Positions 11,157-21,558 of a stretch of 32,000 nucleotides of DNA are shown one piece after another; position 1 is the first letter of the stretch; the number at the start of each line of letters is the position of its first letter. The notes under the pieces were generated by a model that ran no database searches, had not been told where the DNA came from, and saw only the letters and a list, made by a program, of their open reading frames with translations. The DNA is taken from contig NZ_RCWA01000021.1 of assembly GCF_018448905.1 (NCBI RefSeq), positions 5,178 through 37,177 on the forward strand, given 5' to 3'. The translations under genes and the position numbers were made by a program. The stretch comes from Photorhabdus heterorhabditis. GTDB taxonomy: Bacteria > Pseudomonadota > Gammaproteobacteria > Enterobacterales > Enterobacteriaceae.

Positions 11157-11993
11157 TTACGGATCAAGTTGTGAATTTACCGGCTGAGAATTATCTGATT
11201 TTTTGGGAGGCTCTGAATCTCTCGATGGTTTAATACGTTGCCAGATAGTGCCTAACGTTTCATACCATGCCCGTTCTGAATGAGACAGATAATAAGCAGA
11301 TGGCAGGTATTTTTCCCAGGGATGTAACGGTGAAGTGATCGCTAACTGATTTGCTGGGCCGGGAATGGGATTTAGCCCTTGTTGTTGAAAGAAAGTGATT
11401 GCCCGCTGCATATGATTGGCGGAGGTAACTAGAATAAAAGAGTGCTTACCAATTAATTTTTCAACTTCATTGGCTTCCTGTTCAGTATCCATGGGTTCTG
11501 TTAGTGCAATTGTATCCTCGGCGGGTACGCCGAGTGATTGTGCGACTATAGCGGCGACTTCCGCGCTGCTTTTAGAATTCGTTCCTTTACCTCCGGTAAA
11601 AACCATTTTAGAACCGGGATTGAGGTGATATAAACGGATACCTTCTGTTACCCGAGGCAAACTGTTGCTGAGTAAGTTTGAACTGGGTGCCCAATTTGGG
11701 TTATAAGTGAAGCCACCACCAAGAACTACGATATAATCAACCGGTGGATTGATGTCACTAGGCTCAGATTGATAACCTTTAGCATAAGTTGATTCCAGTG
11801 GTAACAGCAGCTTATCGGCAATGGGTTGCAGGCTTAGCAGAAGCAGCGCAAGCCAACTCAATGTGAGAACGGTTTTTCCTGTTTTTTGCCAACGGGTAAA
11901 CCACAACAATAATAAGGCAACAAGTGAAATCAGTAATATTAATGATAGAGGCATCACCATTGCCCCCAAGTACTTTTTGAATAAGAATAGCAT
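11157..11993 (-). CDS. elyC: Envelope biogenesis factor ElyC (YcbC, DUF218)
   Basis: The N-terminus MLFLFKKYLGAMVMPLSLILL...FTRWQKTGK...LLLLSLQPIADKLL matches E. coli ElyC/YcbC as I recall it. The position is syntenic. Confidence 0.88.
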   Translation of the reverse strand: MLFLFKKYLGAMVMPLSLILLISLVALLLLWFTRWQKTGKTVLTLSWLALLLLSLQPIADKLLLPLESTYAKGYQSEPSDINPPVDYIVVLGGGFTYNPNWAPSSNLLSNSLPRVTEGIRLYHLNPGSKMVFTGGKGTNSKSSAEVAAIVAQSLGVPAEDTIALTEPMDTEQEANEVEKLIGKHSFILVTSANHMQRAITFFQQQGLNPIPGPANQLAITSPLHPWEKYLPSAYYLSHSERAWYETLGTIWQRIKPSRDSEPPKKSDNSQPVNSQLDP

Positions 11994-12146
11994 TTATTTG
12001 CCTTAATTTGGTTGAGTTTTAACCATATGGCCCACGATTTGTAGTCAAAAGTGGTTATATCAATGAATGCTGTGCCAAAATAGCAGCTAGCATAATGAAA
12101 TCTCAACAGATAAATCAGATTTATTCCATTAGTGAGGCAGTTTTTC

Positions 12147-12932
12147 ATGCGGGATCGCAATTTCGATGATATTGCAGACAAATTCTCTCGTAATATTTAC
12201 GGCACAACCAAAGGTAAAATCAGGCAAGCCGTTGTCTGGCAGGATATCAGCGAATTACTGGCTCAATTACCTCAACGTCCATTGCGTATTTTAGATGCAG
12301 GTGGCGGTGAGGGTAATATGGCATGCCAATTAGCTGAATTAGGTCATCAAGTGATACTTTGTGATTTATCAGAAGAGATGATCCAACGAGCAAGGCTGGC
12401 CGCAGAAGAAAAAGGGGTCAGCCAAAATATGCGATTTATACAAAGCCCGGTACAGGAAATTAGCCAATATATAGAGCAGCCGGTAGATTTGATATTATTC
12501 CATGCGGTATTGGAATGGATTACCGAACAGAAATATGTAATAGAAGTGTTAACGAATATCATTAATCCTGGCGGTGCTTTGTCTTTAATGTTTTACAATG
12601 CTAATGGCTTGGTAATGCGTAATGCTATTTTAGGTAATTTTCATTTAGCGACACCCAATATGCAACGTCGCAGAAAACGTTCATTGTCTCCGCAAAATCC
12701 ATTAGCACCTGAACAGGTATATCAATGGCTTGCTGAATTAAATTTGGCAATTATCGGTAAAACGGGTGTACGGATTTTTCACGATTATTTGCAAAGTCGT
12801 CAATTACAGAATGAGAACTTTCCGGCGTTGTTGGCATTAGAACAGCGTTATTGCCGACAGGAACCTTATATCAGTTTGGGGCGCTACATTCATGTCATGG
12901 CCCGCAAGCCAGCGTTAAAGGAAGAATTATGA
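12147..12932 (+). CDS. cmoM: tRNA (mcmo5U) methyltransferase CmoM (SmtA)
   Basis: [29 protein letters not shown]...ILDAGGGEG (SAM-binding motif) is collinear with E. coli SmtA/CmoM. I place the start at ATG 12147. The listed 12132 start is a GTG extension. Confidence 0.92.
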   Translation: MRDRNFDDIADKFSRNIYGTTKGKIRQAVVWQDISELLAQLPQRPLRILDAGGGEGNMACQLAELGHQVILCDLSEEMIQRARLAAEEKGVSQNMRFIQSPVQEISQYIEQPVDLILFHAVLEWITEQKYVIEVLTNIINPGGALSLMFYNANGLVMRNAILGNFHLATPNMQRRRKRSLSPQNPLAPEQVYQWLAELNLAIIGKTGVRIFHDYLQSRQLQNENFPALLALEQRYCRQEPYISLGRYIHVMARKPALKEEL

Positions 12933-14251
12933 GTGAGTATTCCCAGACTGTCCCGGAATTAGTGTCTTGGGCGAGGAAAAATGATTTTTCCATTTCATTG
13001 CCGGCGGAAAGATTAGCTCTTCTGATGGCAATTGCGGTGTTGAATAGCGAACGCCTTGACGGTGAGATGAGCGAAGGAGAACTGGTTGATGCTTTTCGTG
13101 AAGTTTGCAAAGGATTTGAGCAGACCACAGAATCGGTCGCGGTGCGGGCTAACAATGCTATCAATGATATGGTGCGGCAGAAACTTCTCAACCGTTTTAC
13201 CAGTGAACTGGCAGACGGTAATGCAATCTATCGTTTAACCCCGCTTGGTATCAGCATCAGTGACTACTACATCCGCCAGCGGGAATTTTCTACCTTACGT
13301 CTTTCGATGCAACTTTCGATTGTAGCAAGTGAGTTACATCGGGCGGCAGAGGCAGCGGAAGAAGGGGGAGATGAATTTCACTGGCACCGGAATGTTTTTG
13401 CCCCGCTGAAATATTCGGTTGCAGAAATCTTCGATAGTATTGATATGTCCCAGCGAGTGATGGATGAGCAGCAAAACTCGGTTAAAGAAGATATTGCGGC
13501 GTTGTTGAATCAAGATTGGCAGGCAGCGATTGCCAACTGTGAGCAACTGTTATCCGAAACATCCGGTACATTGCGGGAACTCCAGGACACACTAGAAGCG
13601 GCTGGAGATAAACTCCAGGCTAATTTGCTGCGTATTCAGGATGCGAATATGGACAGTGGCGGATCAGAGCTGGTGGATAAACTGGTATTTGATCTGCAAA
13701 GTAAGCTGGACCGTATTATCAGCTGGGGTCAGCAGGCGATTGATTTATGGATTGGCTACGACCGTCACGTTCACAAATTTATCCGTACTGCGATTGATAT
13801 GGATAAAAACCGTATTTTCTCTCAGCGCTTACGTCAATCAGTTCAACACTATTTTGATAACCCGTGGACCCTCATTGTGGCTAACGCGGAGCGTTTGCTG
13901 GATATGCGGGATGAAGAATTGACGTTATCCAATGAAGAAGTTACCGGTGAATTGCCGTTAGAACTGGAATATGAAGAATTCAGTGAAATAAACGAACAAC
14001 TGGCAGAAATGATTGAAAAAGCGCTGTTGATATATCAGCAGGAACAACGCCCACTGGATTTGGGTGCGGTGCTAAGGGATTATCTTGCTCAGCATCCGCT
14101 TCCTCGTCACTTTGATGTGGCACGTATTTTGGTGGATCAAGCTGTACGGTTGGGTGTGGCAGAAGCAGATTTCTCTGGGTTGCCAGCGGAATGGTTAGCG
14201 ATTAATGATTACGGAGCCAAGGTGCAGGCACATGTCATCGACACATATTGA
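12929..14251 (+). CDS. mukF: Chromosome partition protein MukF (kleisin)
   Basis: [25 protein letters not shown]... is collinear with E. coli MukF. The start ATG 12929 overlaps the cmoM stop (ATGA). The listed 12851 start is an out-of-context extension into cmoM. Confidence 0.96.
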   Translation: MSEYSQTVPELVSWARKNDFSISLPAERLALLMAIAVLNSERLDGEMSEGELVDAFREVCKGFEQTTESVAVRANNAINDMVRQKLLNRFTSELADGNAIYRLTPLGISISDYYIRQREFSTLRLSMQLSIVASELHRAAEAAEEGGDEFHWHRNVFAPLKYSVAEIFDSIDMSQRVMDEQQNSVKEDIAALLNQDWQAAIANCEQLLSETSGTLRELQDTLEAAGDKLQANLLRIQDANMDSGGSELVDKLVFDLQSKLDRIISWGQQAIDLWIGYDRHVHKFIRTAIDMDKNRIFSQRLRQSVQHYFDNPWTLIVANAERLLDMRDEELTLSNEEVTGELPLELEYEEFSEINEQLAEMIEKALLIYQQEQRPLDLGAVLRDYLAQHPLPRHFDVARILVDQAVRLGVAEADFSGLPAEWLAINDYGAKVQAHVIDTY

Positions 14252-14954
14252 ACAATTTATGCCGGTTAAACTGGCACAGGCGTTAGCCAACTCACTTTTC
14301 CCGGAACTGGACAGCCAGCTTCGCGCGGGTCGTCATATTGGGCTGGATGATCTTGATAATCACGCTTTTCTGATGGATTTTCAGGAGCAATTGGAAGAGT
14401 TTTACGCCCGCTATAATGTGGAGTTGATCCGTGCACCAGAAGGTTTCTTCTATCTGCGGCCTCGTTCAGCCACATTGATCCCGCGCTCAGTATTATCAGA
14501 GCTGGATATGATGGTAGGAAAAATCCTCTGTTATCTCTATCTCAGCCCGGAACGTCTGACTAATCAAGGGATTTTTACTTCTCAGGAGCTATATGAAGAG
14601 CTGATCTCGCTGGCTGATGAGGGCAAACTGATGAAGTTTGTCAACCAGCGATCCTCCGGTTCCGACTTGGATAAACAGAAATTGCAGGAAAAAGTGCGTA
14701 CTGCGCTTAATCGCCTGCGTCGTTTGGGCATGGTCTATTTCCTGCCAAATGACAATAGCAAATTTACCATCACTGAAGCGGTATTCCGTTTTGGTGCAGA
14801 TGTACGTAGTGGCGACGATCCTCGTGAAGTACAACTGAGGATGATCCGTGATGGTGAGGCAATGCCGGTTGAAGGCAGCTTGTCGCTTGATGACAGTGAA
14901 AATGATGAAACACCGGATAGCTCAGCAGAGGGTGCGGGAGATGAACAACCATGA
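14232..14954 (+). CDS. mukE: Chromosome partition protein MukE
   Basis: [28 protein letters not shown]... matches E. coli MukE and overlaps the mukF 3' end. The acidic C-terminal tail is present. Confidence 0.95.
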   Translation: MSSTHIEQFMPVKLAQALANSLFPELDSQLRAGRHIGLDDLDNHAFLMDFQEQLEEFYARYNVELIRAPEGFFYLRPRSATLIPRSVLSELDMMVGKILCYLYLSPERLTNQGIFTSQELYEELISLADEGKLMKFVNQRSSGSDLDKQKLQEKVRTALNRLRRLGMVYFLPNDNSKFTITEAVFRFGADVRSGDDPREVQLRMIRDGEAMPVEGSLSLDDSENDETPDSSAEGAGDEQP

Positions 14955-17900
14955 TTGAACGCGGTAAATTTCGTTCACTGACGCTGGTTAACTGGAATGG
15001 TTTTTTTGCCAGAACTTTTGATCTTGATGAACTGGTAACAACCTTATCAGGCGGTAATGGTGCGGGTAAATCCACCACCATGGCAGCTTTCGTCACCGCA
15101 TTGATCCCTGATTTAACCTTGTTGCATTTCCGTAACACCACCGAAGCCGGTGCCACTTCCGGTTCCCGTGATAAAGGGTTGCATGGCAAGTTGCGTGCCG
15201 GGGTCTGTTATTCAACGCTGGATGTGATTAACTCCCGTCATCAGCGGGTGGTGGTTGGGGTGAGATTGCAACAGGTGGCGGGTCGTGATCGCAAAGTTGA
15301 TATCAAACCTTTTATGATCCAAGGATTGCCAACTGCTATCCAACCTACTCAGTTACTGACTGAAAATGTCGGTGAAAGACAGGCGCGTGTATTGCCGTTG
15401 AATGAACTGAAAGACCGTCTTGATGAAATGGAAGGTGTGCAGTTCAAGCAATTTAGCTCCATCACGGATTACCATGCCTTGATGTTTGATTTGGGCGTTA
15501 TCCCCAAACGCCTACGTTCAGCGGGTGATCGCAGTAAATTCTATCGTCTGATCGAAGCTTCCCTGTACGGCGGTATTTCCAGCGCCATTACCCGTTCCCT
15601 GCGTGATTACCTGTTGCCGGAAAACAGCGGTGTTCGGAAAGCATTTCAGGATATGGAAGCGGCATTGCGCGAAAACCGCATAACGCTGGAAGCTATTCGA
15701 GTCACCCAATCTGATCGTGATCTGTTCAAACACTTGATCACCGAAGCAACTTCTTACGTGTCAGCTGACTATATGCGCCATGCCAATGAGCGGCGCACTT
15801 ATCTGGATCAAGCACTGGCATTGCGGGGTGAACTGTTTGGTAGCCACAGACAACTGGCAACTGAGCAATATCGCCATGTTGAAATGGCGCGGGAGTTGGC
15901 TGAGCAAAATGGCGCCTCCTCCGATTTAGAAACGGATTATCAGGCTGCCAGTGATCATCTAAATCTGGTGCAGACCGCCATGCGCCAGCAGGAAAAGATT
16001 GATCGTTATCAGGTGGATCTGGAAGAACTTTCCTATCGTCTGGAAGAACAGACCGAAGTTGTTGAAGAAGCCGGCGAGCTTCAGGCTGAGTATGAAGCCA
16101 GAGCGGAAGCAGCTGAACAGGAAGTGGATGAGCTGAAAAGTCAGTTGGCTGATTATCAGCAGGCACTGGATGTTCAGCAAACCCGTGCTATTCAGTATCA
16201 ACAGGCGTTACAAGCGCTGGAGCGCGCCCGTGAACTTTGTCAGCTACCGGATCTTGCCGCCGATAATGCAGAAACATGGCTGGAAACTTTTCAGGCTAAA
16301 GAGCAGCAGGCGACAGAAGCTCTGTTGATGTTGGAACAGAAATTAAGTGTGGCAGATGCGGCTCATAATCAGTTCGAACAGGCGTATCAACTGGTTAAAA
16401 GTATGGTTGGTGAAATCAACCGTAGTGAAGCCTGGCAGAGCGCTCGTGAATTGCTGCGTGATTGGCCGTCACAGCGACATCTGGCGGATCGCGTTCAGCC
16501 GTTTCGCATGCAGTTGGCTGAACTGGAGCAGCGCTTGAACAACCAACAAAATGCGGAACGTTTATTAAGCGAATTTTGTAAACGTCAGGGACAGCAATAT
16601 CAGGCTGAAGATCTGGAAGGATTACAAAATGAACTTGAAGCCCGGCAGGAAGCATTAAGTTTAAGTGTCAATGAAAGCGGTGAGCGTCGTATGGAAATGC
16701 GACAGGCGCTTGAACAGCTAAAACAGAAAATTCAGTCACTGACTGCCCGCGCCCCGGTCTGGCTGGCTGCGCAGGATACCCTGAACCAACTGTGTGAACA
16801 GAATGGTGAAGCGCTGGCGAGCAGTAATGACGTGACGGAATATATGCAGCAGTTGCTTGAACGTGAACGTGAGGCAACGGTAGAGCGTGATGAAATTGCG
16901 GCGCAGAAACGTGAGTTGGAAAAGCAGATCGAGCGCCTCAGCCAGCCGAGTGGTGCGGAAGACAGCCGGATGATTGCCTTAGCGGAACGTTTCGGTGGGG
17001 TTTTGCTGTCAGAAATTTATGACGATATCACCATTGATGACGCGCCTTATTTCTCGGCCCTGTATGGGCCAGCGCGTCACGGTATTGTGGTGCCCGATCT
17101 TTCTCTGGTTCGTCCACAGCTTGAAACGCTGGAAGATTGCCCGGAAGATCTCTATCTCATTGAAGGTGATCCTCAATCCTTTGATGACAGCGTATTTAAT
17201 GCCGAAGAGCAGACAAATGCGGTATTGGTTAAATCTTCTGACCGCCAATGGCGTTATTCTCGTTACCCTGAATTGCCGTTGTTTGGCCGTGCTGCCAGAG
17301 AAAATCGTTTAGAAGTTTTGAATTTGGAGCGCGATACCTTGGCGGAGCGTTATGCCACGCTCTCTTTTGATGTACAGAAAATTCAGCGTGCTCATCAGGC
17401 GTTCAGTCAGTTTGTCGGTAAACACCTCTCTGTGGCATTTGATACCGATCCGGAAGCGGAAATCCGTGAACTAAGGCAGCGTCACACGGAACTGGAACGT
17501 GAACTATCCCGGTTTGAAGATCAAACCCAACAACAGCGTCAGCAATATACTCAGGCTAAAGAGAGCCTGACGACATTAAATCGCCTAATCCCTCAAGTTA
17601 CGCTATTGCTGGATGAAACCTTAATCGATCGCGTAGAGGAAGTACGTGAAGAGCTGGACGAAGCACAGGAAGCGGCCCGTTTCCTACAACAGCATGGTTC
17701 GGCGCTGGCAAAGTTGGAACCGATGGTTGCGGTTCTGCAAAGCGATCCACAGCAACATGAGCAGTTGCAACGGGACTATGAAATCGCCAAACATAGCCAG
17801 CATCAAGCTAAACAACAGGCATTTGCGCTGGTGGAAGTGGTACAGCGTCGAGCGCATTTTAGCTACAGTGATTCTGCGGGTATGCTCAACGAAAATGTGG

Positions 17901-19399
17901 ATTTGAATGACAAACTGCGTCAGCGTCTGGAACATGCAGGATCGGACCGCAGCCGCGCCCGCGAACAACTGCGTCAACAGCAAGCGCAGTATTCCCAATT
18001 TAACCAGGTGCTGGCCTCCCTGAAAAGCTCTTATGAAACCAAACAAGATATGCTGAAAGAGCTGGAACAGGAGATGAAAGAGATTGGTGTTCAAGCGGAT
18101 GCGAATGCTGAAATTCGTGCCCGTGAGCGCCGTGATCGGCTCCATGAAGCGCTCAGCACTAACCGTTCCAGAATCAACCAGCTTGAGAAGCAGATCGCTT
18201 TTTGTGAAGCAGAGATGGAAAGCTTGCAGAAAAAACTGCGGAAACTGGAACGCGATTACCATCAAATCCGCGAGCAAGTGGTTGCGGCTAAATCGGGTTG
18301 GTGTGCAGTAATGCGCATGGTGAAAGACAATGGCGTTGAGCGTCGTCTGCATCGTCGTGAACTGGCTTATATGGAGGGGGGCGCGTTACGTTCCATGTCG
18401 GATAAGGCGTTGGGTGCATTGCGTCTGGCAGTGTCTGATAACGAACATCTACGTGATGCGCTGCGTTTATCCGAAGATCCAAAACGTCCTGAACGTAAGA
18501 TTCAATTCTTCATTGCGGTTTATCAGCATCTGCGTGAACGTATTCGTCAGGATATTATCCGCACTGACGATCCGGTTGATGCCATTGAACAGATGGAAAT
18601 TGAGCTGGCTCGTCTGACAGAAGAGCTGACAGCCCGCGAGCAGAAATTAGCTATCAGTTCGAAGAGTGTGGCGAATATTATCCGCAAAACCATTCAGCGC
18701 GAGCAGAACCGCATCCGCATGCTGAACCAAGGGTTACAAGCAGTCTCCTTTGGACAAGTTCGTGGTGTGCGGTTGAATGTCAACGTGCGTGAAAGCCACG
18801 CGCTATTGCTGGATGTGTTGTCTGAACAGCAAGAACAGCATCAGGATCTCTTTAACAGCCAGCGATTAACCTTCTCGGAAGCAATGGCAAAACTTTATCA
18901 GCGCCTGAATCCGCAAGTAGATATGGGGCAGCGCTTACCGCAAACCATAGGTGAAGAGTTATTGGATTACCGTAACTACTTGGAACTGGATGTTGAAGTT
19001 AACCGTGGATCGGATGGCTGGTTAAAAGCAGAGAGTGGGGCGCTATCGACAGGTGAAGCGATCGGTACCGGCATGTCGATTCTGGTGATGGTGGTACAGA
19101 GTTGGGAAGAAGAATCTCGCCGTTTGCGTGGTAAAGATATTTCCCCTTGTCGATTGTTATTCCTTGATGAAGCGGCGCGTTTGGATGCTAAATCTATCGC
19201 TACCTTGTTTGAACTATGTGAGCGCCTGCAAATGCAGTTAATTATCGCTGCCCCGGAAAATATCAGCCCTGAAAAAGGGACCACTTATAAACTGGTGCGT
19301 AAGGTATTTAAAAACCACGAACATGTGCATGTGGTTGGGCTGAGAGGATTTGGGCAGGATGTTCCGGCAACTCAATTGATTTCAGATGTTACTGCTTAA
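14951..19399 (+). CDS. mukB: Chromosome partition protein MukB (SMC-like condensin)
   Basis: The protein is 1482 aa. It has an N-terminal Walker A (GGNGAGKST), long coiled coils and a C-terminal head ([11 protein letters not shown]). An ATGA overlap couples it to mukE. Confidence 0.98.
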   Translation: MIERGKFRSLTLVNWNGFFARTFDLDELVTTLSGGNGAGKSTTMAAFVTALIPDLTLLHFRNTTEAGATSGSRDKGLHGKLRAGVCYSTLDVINSRHQRVVVGVRLQQVAGRDRKVDIKPFMIQGLPTAIQPTQLLTENVGERQARVLPLNELKDRLDEMEGVQFKQFSSITDYHALMFDLGVIPKRLRSAGDRSKFYRLIEASLYGGISSAITRSLRDYLLPENSGVRKAFQDMEAALRENRITLEAIRVTQSDRDLFKHLITEATSYVSADYMRHANERRTYLDQALALRGELFGSHRQLATEQYRHVEMARELAEQNGASSDLETDYQAASDHLNLVQTAMRQQEKIDRYQVDLEELSYRLEEQTEVVEEAGELQAEYEARAEAAEQEVDELKSQLADYQQALDVQQTRAIQYQQALQALERARELCQLPDLAADNAETWLETFQAKEQQATEALLMLEQKLSVADAAHNQFEQAYQLVKSMVGEINRSEAWQSARELLRDWPSQRHLADRVQPFRMQLAELEQRLNNQQNAERLLSEFCKRQGQQYQAEDLEGLQNELEARQEALSLSVNESGERRMEMRQALEQLKQKIQSLTARAPVWLAAQDTLNQLCEQNGEALASSNDVTEYMQQLLEREREATVERDEIAAQKRELEKQIERLSQPSGAEDSRMIALAERFGGVLLSEIYDDITIDDAPYFSALYGPARHGIVVPDLSLVRPQLETLEDCPEDLYLIEGDPQSFDDSVFNAEEQTNAVLVKSSDRQWRYSRYPELPLFGRAARENRLEVLNLERDTLAERYATLSFDVQKIQRAHQAFSQFVGKHLSVAFDTDPEAEIRELRQRHTELERELSRFEDQTQQQRQQYTQAKESLTTLNRLIPQVTLLLDETLIDRVEEVREELDEAQEAARFLQQHGSALAKLEPMVAVLQSDPQQHEQLQRDYEIAKHSQHQAKQQAFALVEVVQRRAHFSYSDSAGMLNENVDLNDKLRQRLEHAGSDRSRAREQLRQQQAQYSQFNQVLASLKSSYETKQDMLKELEQEMKEIGVQADANAEIRARERRDRLHEALSTNRSRINQLEKQIAFCEAEMESLQKKLRKLERDYHQIREQVVAAKSGWCAVMRMVKDNGVERRLHRRELAYMEGGALRSMSDKALGALRLAVSDNEHLRDALRLSEDPKRPERKIQFFIAVYQHLRERIRQDIIRTDDPVDAIEQMEIELARLTEELTAREQKLAISSKSVANIIRKTIQREQNRIRMLNQGLQAVSFGQVRGVRLNVNVRESHALLLDVLSEQQEQHQDLFNSQRLTFSEAMAKLYQRLNPQVDMGQRLPQTIGEELLDYRNYLELDVEVNRGSDGWLKAESGALSTGEAIGTGMSILVMVVQSWEEESRRLRGKDISPCRLLFLDEAARLDAKSIATLFELCERLQMQLIIAAPENISPEKGTTYKLVRKVFKNHEHVHVVGLRGFGQDVPATQLISDVTA

Positions 19400-19428
19400 T
19401 TAAATGGGTGACTTGCGATAGCCATAAA

Positions 19429-19469
19429 AATAAAGAGAGTGCGCCACGGATGGCGCAACAGATTATTGA
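19429..19469. repeat. Hairpin motif copy A (AATAAAGAGAGT-GCGCCACGGATGGCGC-AACAGATTATTGA)
   Basis: A perfect 6-bp stem with a 4-nt loop lies at 19441-19456. The 5' flank is shared with copy C (22311). Read on the minus strand, the stem is followed by a T-rich tract, so it may also terminate higBA. It lies 42 bp after the mukB stop. Confidence 0.7.
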
Positions 19470-19485
19470 TTTTCATCCAGCACCC

Positions 19486-19534
19486 TGTTTTAATTCAGCT
19501 CCGTTCACCAGACGGAGTTTGCCGCCATGTTAAG
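19486..19534 (+). repeat. Copy X of a ~49-bp IS-left-end-like sequence ending in ATGTTAAG
   Basis: TGTTTTAATTCAGCTCCGTTCACCAGACGGAGTTTGCCGCCATGTTAAG differs at about 7 positions from 20342-20390. That second copy leads into a transposase N-terminus. Here the sequence stops at the higA stop codon. Confidence 0.7.
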
Positions 19535-19820
19535 GTGTTGGTGTAAACAGGGGAGTTAGACGAGTTAAATCTATTTCCTGTTTAACTTGTGCCAAGCTAT
19601 ACGCTTCCTGGAGTCTCAGCCACATTTCCGGCGTACTGCCGATCACGCTGGCTAAACGAACCGCCATTCCTGGCGTTACTGCCGCGCTACCTTCAACAAC
19701 ACGCCCAATAGTTGACGGTGAGACATCCAGCGCACGCGCAAGCGCTCTAAGACTAATATTTAAGTGCTCCATCTCGTCAGAGATATAGCGCCCCGGATGG
19801 GGTGGCATACGTTTAGTCAT
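19530..19820 (-). CDS. higA: HigA-type (VapI/XRE HTH) antitoxin
   Basis: The 96-aa protein MTKRMPPHPGRYISDEMEHLNISLRALARALDVSPSTIGRVVEG... has the HTH typical of HigA partners of HigB-like (killer protein) toxins. Confidence 0.85.
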   Translation of the reverse strand: MTKRMPPHPGRYISDEMEHLNISLRALARALDVSPSTIGRVVEGSAAVTPGMAVRLASVIGSTPEMWLRLQEAYSLAQVKQEIDLTRLTPLFTPTP

Positions 19821-20220
19821 TCATGATAGTCCTCGTAGTTCAGTATATATACCCGTTATCTTTCAAGTTGCCTCTTTGTTGGCTGCACTCACACCCCGGT
19901 CACATAGTTCTCTATGCTCCCGGGGATTCGCTCCTTTGCCGTCGCGATGCATCTTGAAATCCATAGGTATAAACATCACCATCGTTAAATTCGAAAGTTA
20001 ACCTCCAGTTACCCGATACGCTTACCGCCCAAATACCCTTTCGATCTCCTGTAAGTGGGTGGAGTTGAAAACTCGGTAAACTCAAATCATTCAGGCAGCT
20101 TGCTAAATCTAATGCGTTTAACAGCAGGTCTAGCCTGTTAGCATGGTGGGCAACAATTCCCGCCGTGGTTCCCTTCTCGTAATACTTTCGTAACCCTTTA
20201 TGCTTCCAACTTTTAATCAT
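19817..20220 (-). pseudogene. higB: HigB-like (plasmid maintenance killer, RelE-fold) toxin gene interrupted by ERIC
   Basis: Codons 1-83 (MIKSWKHKGLRKYYEKG...NWRLTFEFNDGDV) are followed by ERIC-encoded codons and a stop at 19912. The displaced native 3' end YILNYEDYHE* is readable at 19849-19817, with its TGA overlapping the higA ATG. Confidence 0.8.
19847..19971 (-). repeat. ERIC element, copy 3, inserted within higB
   Basis: On the minus strand it reads TATACCTATGGATTTCAAGATGCATCGCGACGGCAAAGGAGCGAATCCCCGGGAGCATAGAG...AAAGATAACGGGTATA. Boundaries are good to about +/-3 bp because of flanking TA repeats. Confidence 0.9.
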
Positions 20221-20341
20221 TGTTTGCGTCCTGTTGCGTTACGATAGACAGCATAACACGTGTCGCGCATTGCACGACAACATTTTTTTGATAAAATAAT
20301 ATCAGATTATTGACAAAGTGCTGTTTTTTTATCCGGTACTT

Positions 20342-20538
20342 TGTTTTAATTCAGTTCCGTTCACTAAACGGGGCTTGCCACTATGTTAAGAACACCCCCT
20401 CTCCAGACTTTCCCGCCAGAAACGCACTCGCTTGACGAGTTGGTTCCTAAAAATCATTTGGTCCGTCAAGTCGATGCCGCCATTGATTTCGAATTTATTT
20501 ATCCGCGAATTAGTCTCCCCATTGTATTGCCACAATAA
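20342..20538 (+). mobile_element. IS remnant: left end plus a 51-codon truncated transposase N-terminus (DUF772 / IS5-IS1182-like)
   Basis: MLRTPPLQTFPPETHSLDELVPKNHLVRQVDAAIDFEFIYP resembles the N-terminal DUF772 domain of IS5/IS1182-family transposases. The ORF then degenerates (RISLPIVLPQ*). No catalytic domain follows. Confidence 0.65.
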
Positions 20539-20580
20539 TAACGCCTTGGTGGGGGATTAAACCGGGTTAATGAGGAAAAT

Positions 20581-20607
20581 GGATGGCGCAATAGATATTT
20601 AGCTTGA
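20581..20607. repeat. Hairpin motif copy B (right half only: GGATGGCGCAATAGATATTTAGCTTGA)
   Basis: It matches the right half and 3' flank of copy C (15/16 in the flank). It lacks the left stem arm. Confidence 0.65.
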
Positions 20608-20834
20608 AAAATTGTACCGTTATTTTTTGCTTATTAGATTCGGTATTATTAATACGAGAAATGTAGTGGTCTAATAAACCCCAAAAAATCAATCAATTTA
20701 AAACCACTTTAATCGTCGTATAATTGTGGTGCCAATCACGGCATAGCGGTGTCAGTGGGCAAGCACACGGCACCATTTCAAAAAAACATTAAGGAGAAGC
20801 CTATGGCGAAACTTATTTATGGGGGTACCTCACA

Positions 20835-21518
20835 ATGCAAACAAAGGAGACTTTTCTTTCAAAGTTTGACTATCCAAATTTAGATCAAGAAATTACGGCA
20901 ATCTTTGAAGATGATTCATTACCGACGCATTCACCTGGTAATGGGGACTTAAAACGCTGGCAGAGGAAAGAATGGCCATCGGCTATAAATTTCTCCACTG
21001 GTGACGGTCGATATAATGCTCCGGATGATACTTTTGGTGTTTGCTACATGGCAGACAAGGCCGTTTCAGCGCTTGCTGAAAGTTTTGGGCGCCTGATACA
21101 TAAAGATGGGCGGAAATTTGTTGAGGAGTCTGTTATTGAAAACTCACGAATGTGTCTGATTCGCCCACTCCGGCCACTCGTTTTTGTCGATGTGGGGAAA
21201 CTTCTGGGAATGCTGCATATTACGTTAGACGTCTCAGTCGGAGATGACTACACAGTGACACAGAGAGTAATTGCGTGCCTCTACAAGCTTGCCAGAGATA
21301 AGTTTGACGGTGTTTGTTACTTATCGAGGCATTTTCCTTCCACTGATTTCTGCTATGCAGTCTGGGAATCGGATGAAGAAAGGTTTGAAGATGTAGGAAT
21401 GAAGAATCTCTCGGAATACTACGATTCAGAATACATGCTATTGAACTGGAAATACTCTAGCATCACGGCTGAAGAACTGCTCGAAGACGTGCTCCGATTC
21501 AAGGTTGTCCCGCTTTAA
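20835..21518 (+). CDS. RES-domain protein (putative NAD+-targeting toxin of the RES-Xre family)
   Basis: The pattern DGRYNAPDDTFGVCYMADKAVSALAES ... TQRVIACLYKLARDKFDGVCYLSRHFPS fits the R...E...S order and spacing of the RES domain. The SD for ATG 20835 is weak. Confidence 0.6.
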   Translation: MQTKETFLSKFDYPNLDQEITAIFEDDSLPTHSPGNGDLKRWQRKEWPSAINFSTGDGRYNAPDDTFGVCYMADKAVSALAESFGRLIHKDGRKFVEESVIENSRMCLIRPLRPLVFVDVGKLLGMLHITLDVSVGDDYTVTQRVIACLYKLARDKFDGVCYLSRHFPSTDFCYAVWESDEERFEDVGMKNLSEYYDSEYMLLNWKYSSITAEELLEDVLRFKVVPL

Positions 21519-21529
21519 GTTTGTGCCAG

Positions 21530-21558
21530 GCGTGTCCTTTTCGAAAGGACACGCTTTT
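21530..21558 (+). terminator. Hairpin terminator between the convergent RES and HTH/DUF2384 genes
   Basis: GCGTGTCCTTTtcgAAAGGACACGC followed by TTTT: an 11-bp perfect stem. The T tract overlaps the stop of the minus-strand gene. Confidence 0.75.

Noticed and set aside
12851-12928. 5' extensions of listed ORFs: mukF from 12851, mukE from 14205, cmoM from 12132, ycaR from 9983, pvc16 from 30228, photopexin-like from 25254, collar from 26060, oxygenase-like from 3189
   Set aside because: The extensions overlap upstream genes or ERIC sequence, or they start at GTG/TTG. Internal ATGs with SD sequences match the N-termini of known homologues.
15738-18352. Several long minus-strand ORFs inside mukB (15738..16166, 17684..18352, 15959..16201 and others)
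   Set aside because: They are antisense to a strongly supported, highly conserved gene. Their composition is low-complexity and Pro/Leu-rich, typical of shadow ORFs.
20803-20883. 26-codon ORF (MAKLIYGGTSQCKQRRLFFQSLTIQI*) with a good AAGGAG SD just upstream of, and overlapping, the RES gene start; it might be the true RES N-terminus displaced by a frameshift
   Set aside because: I could not align it to any RES N-terminal pattern, and the 20835 ORF already contains the full domain. It is left as an unresolved note in the RES finding rather than a feature.
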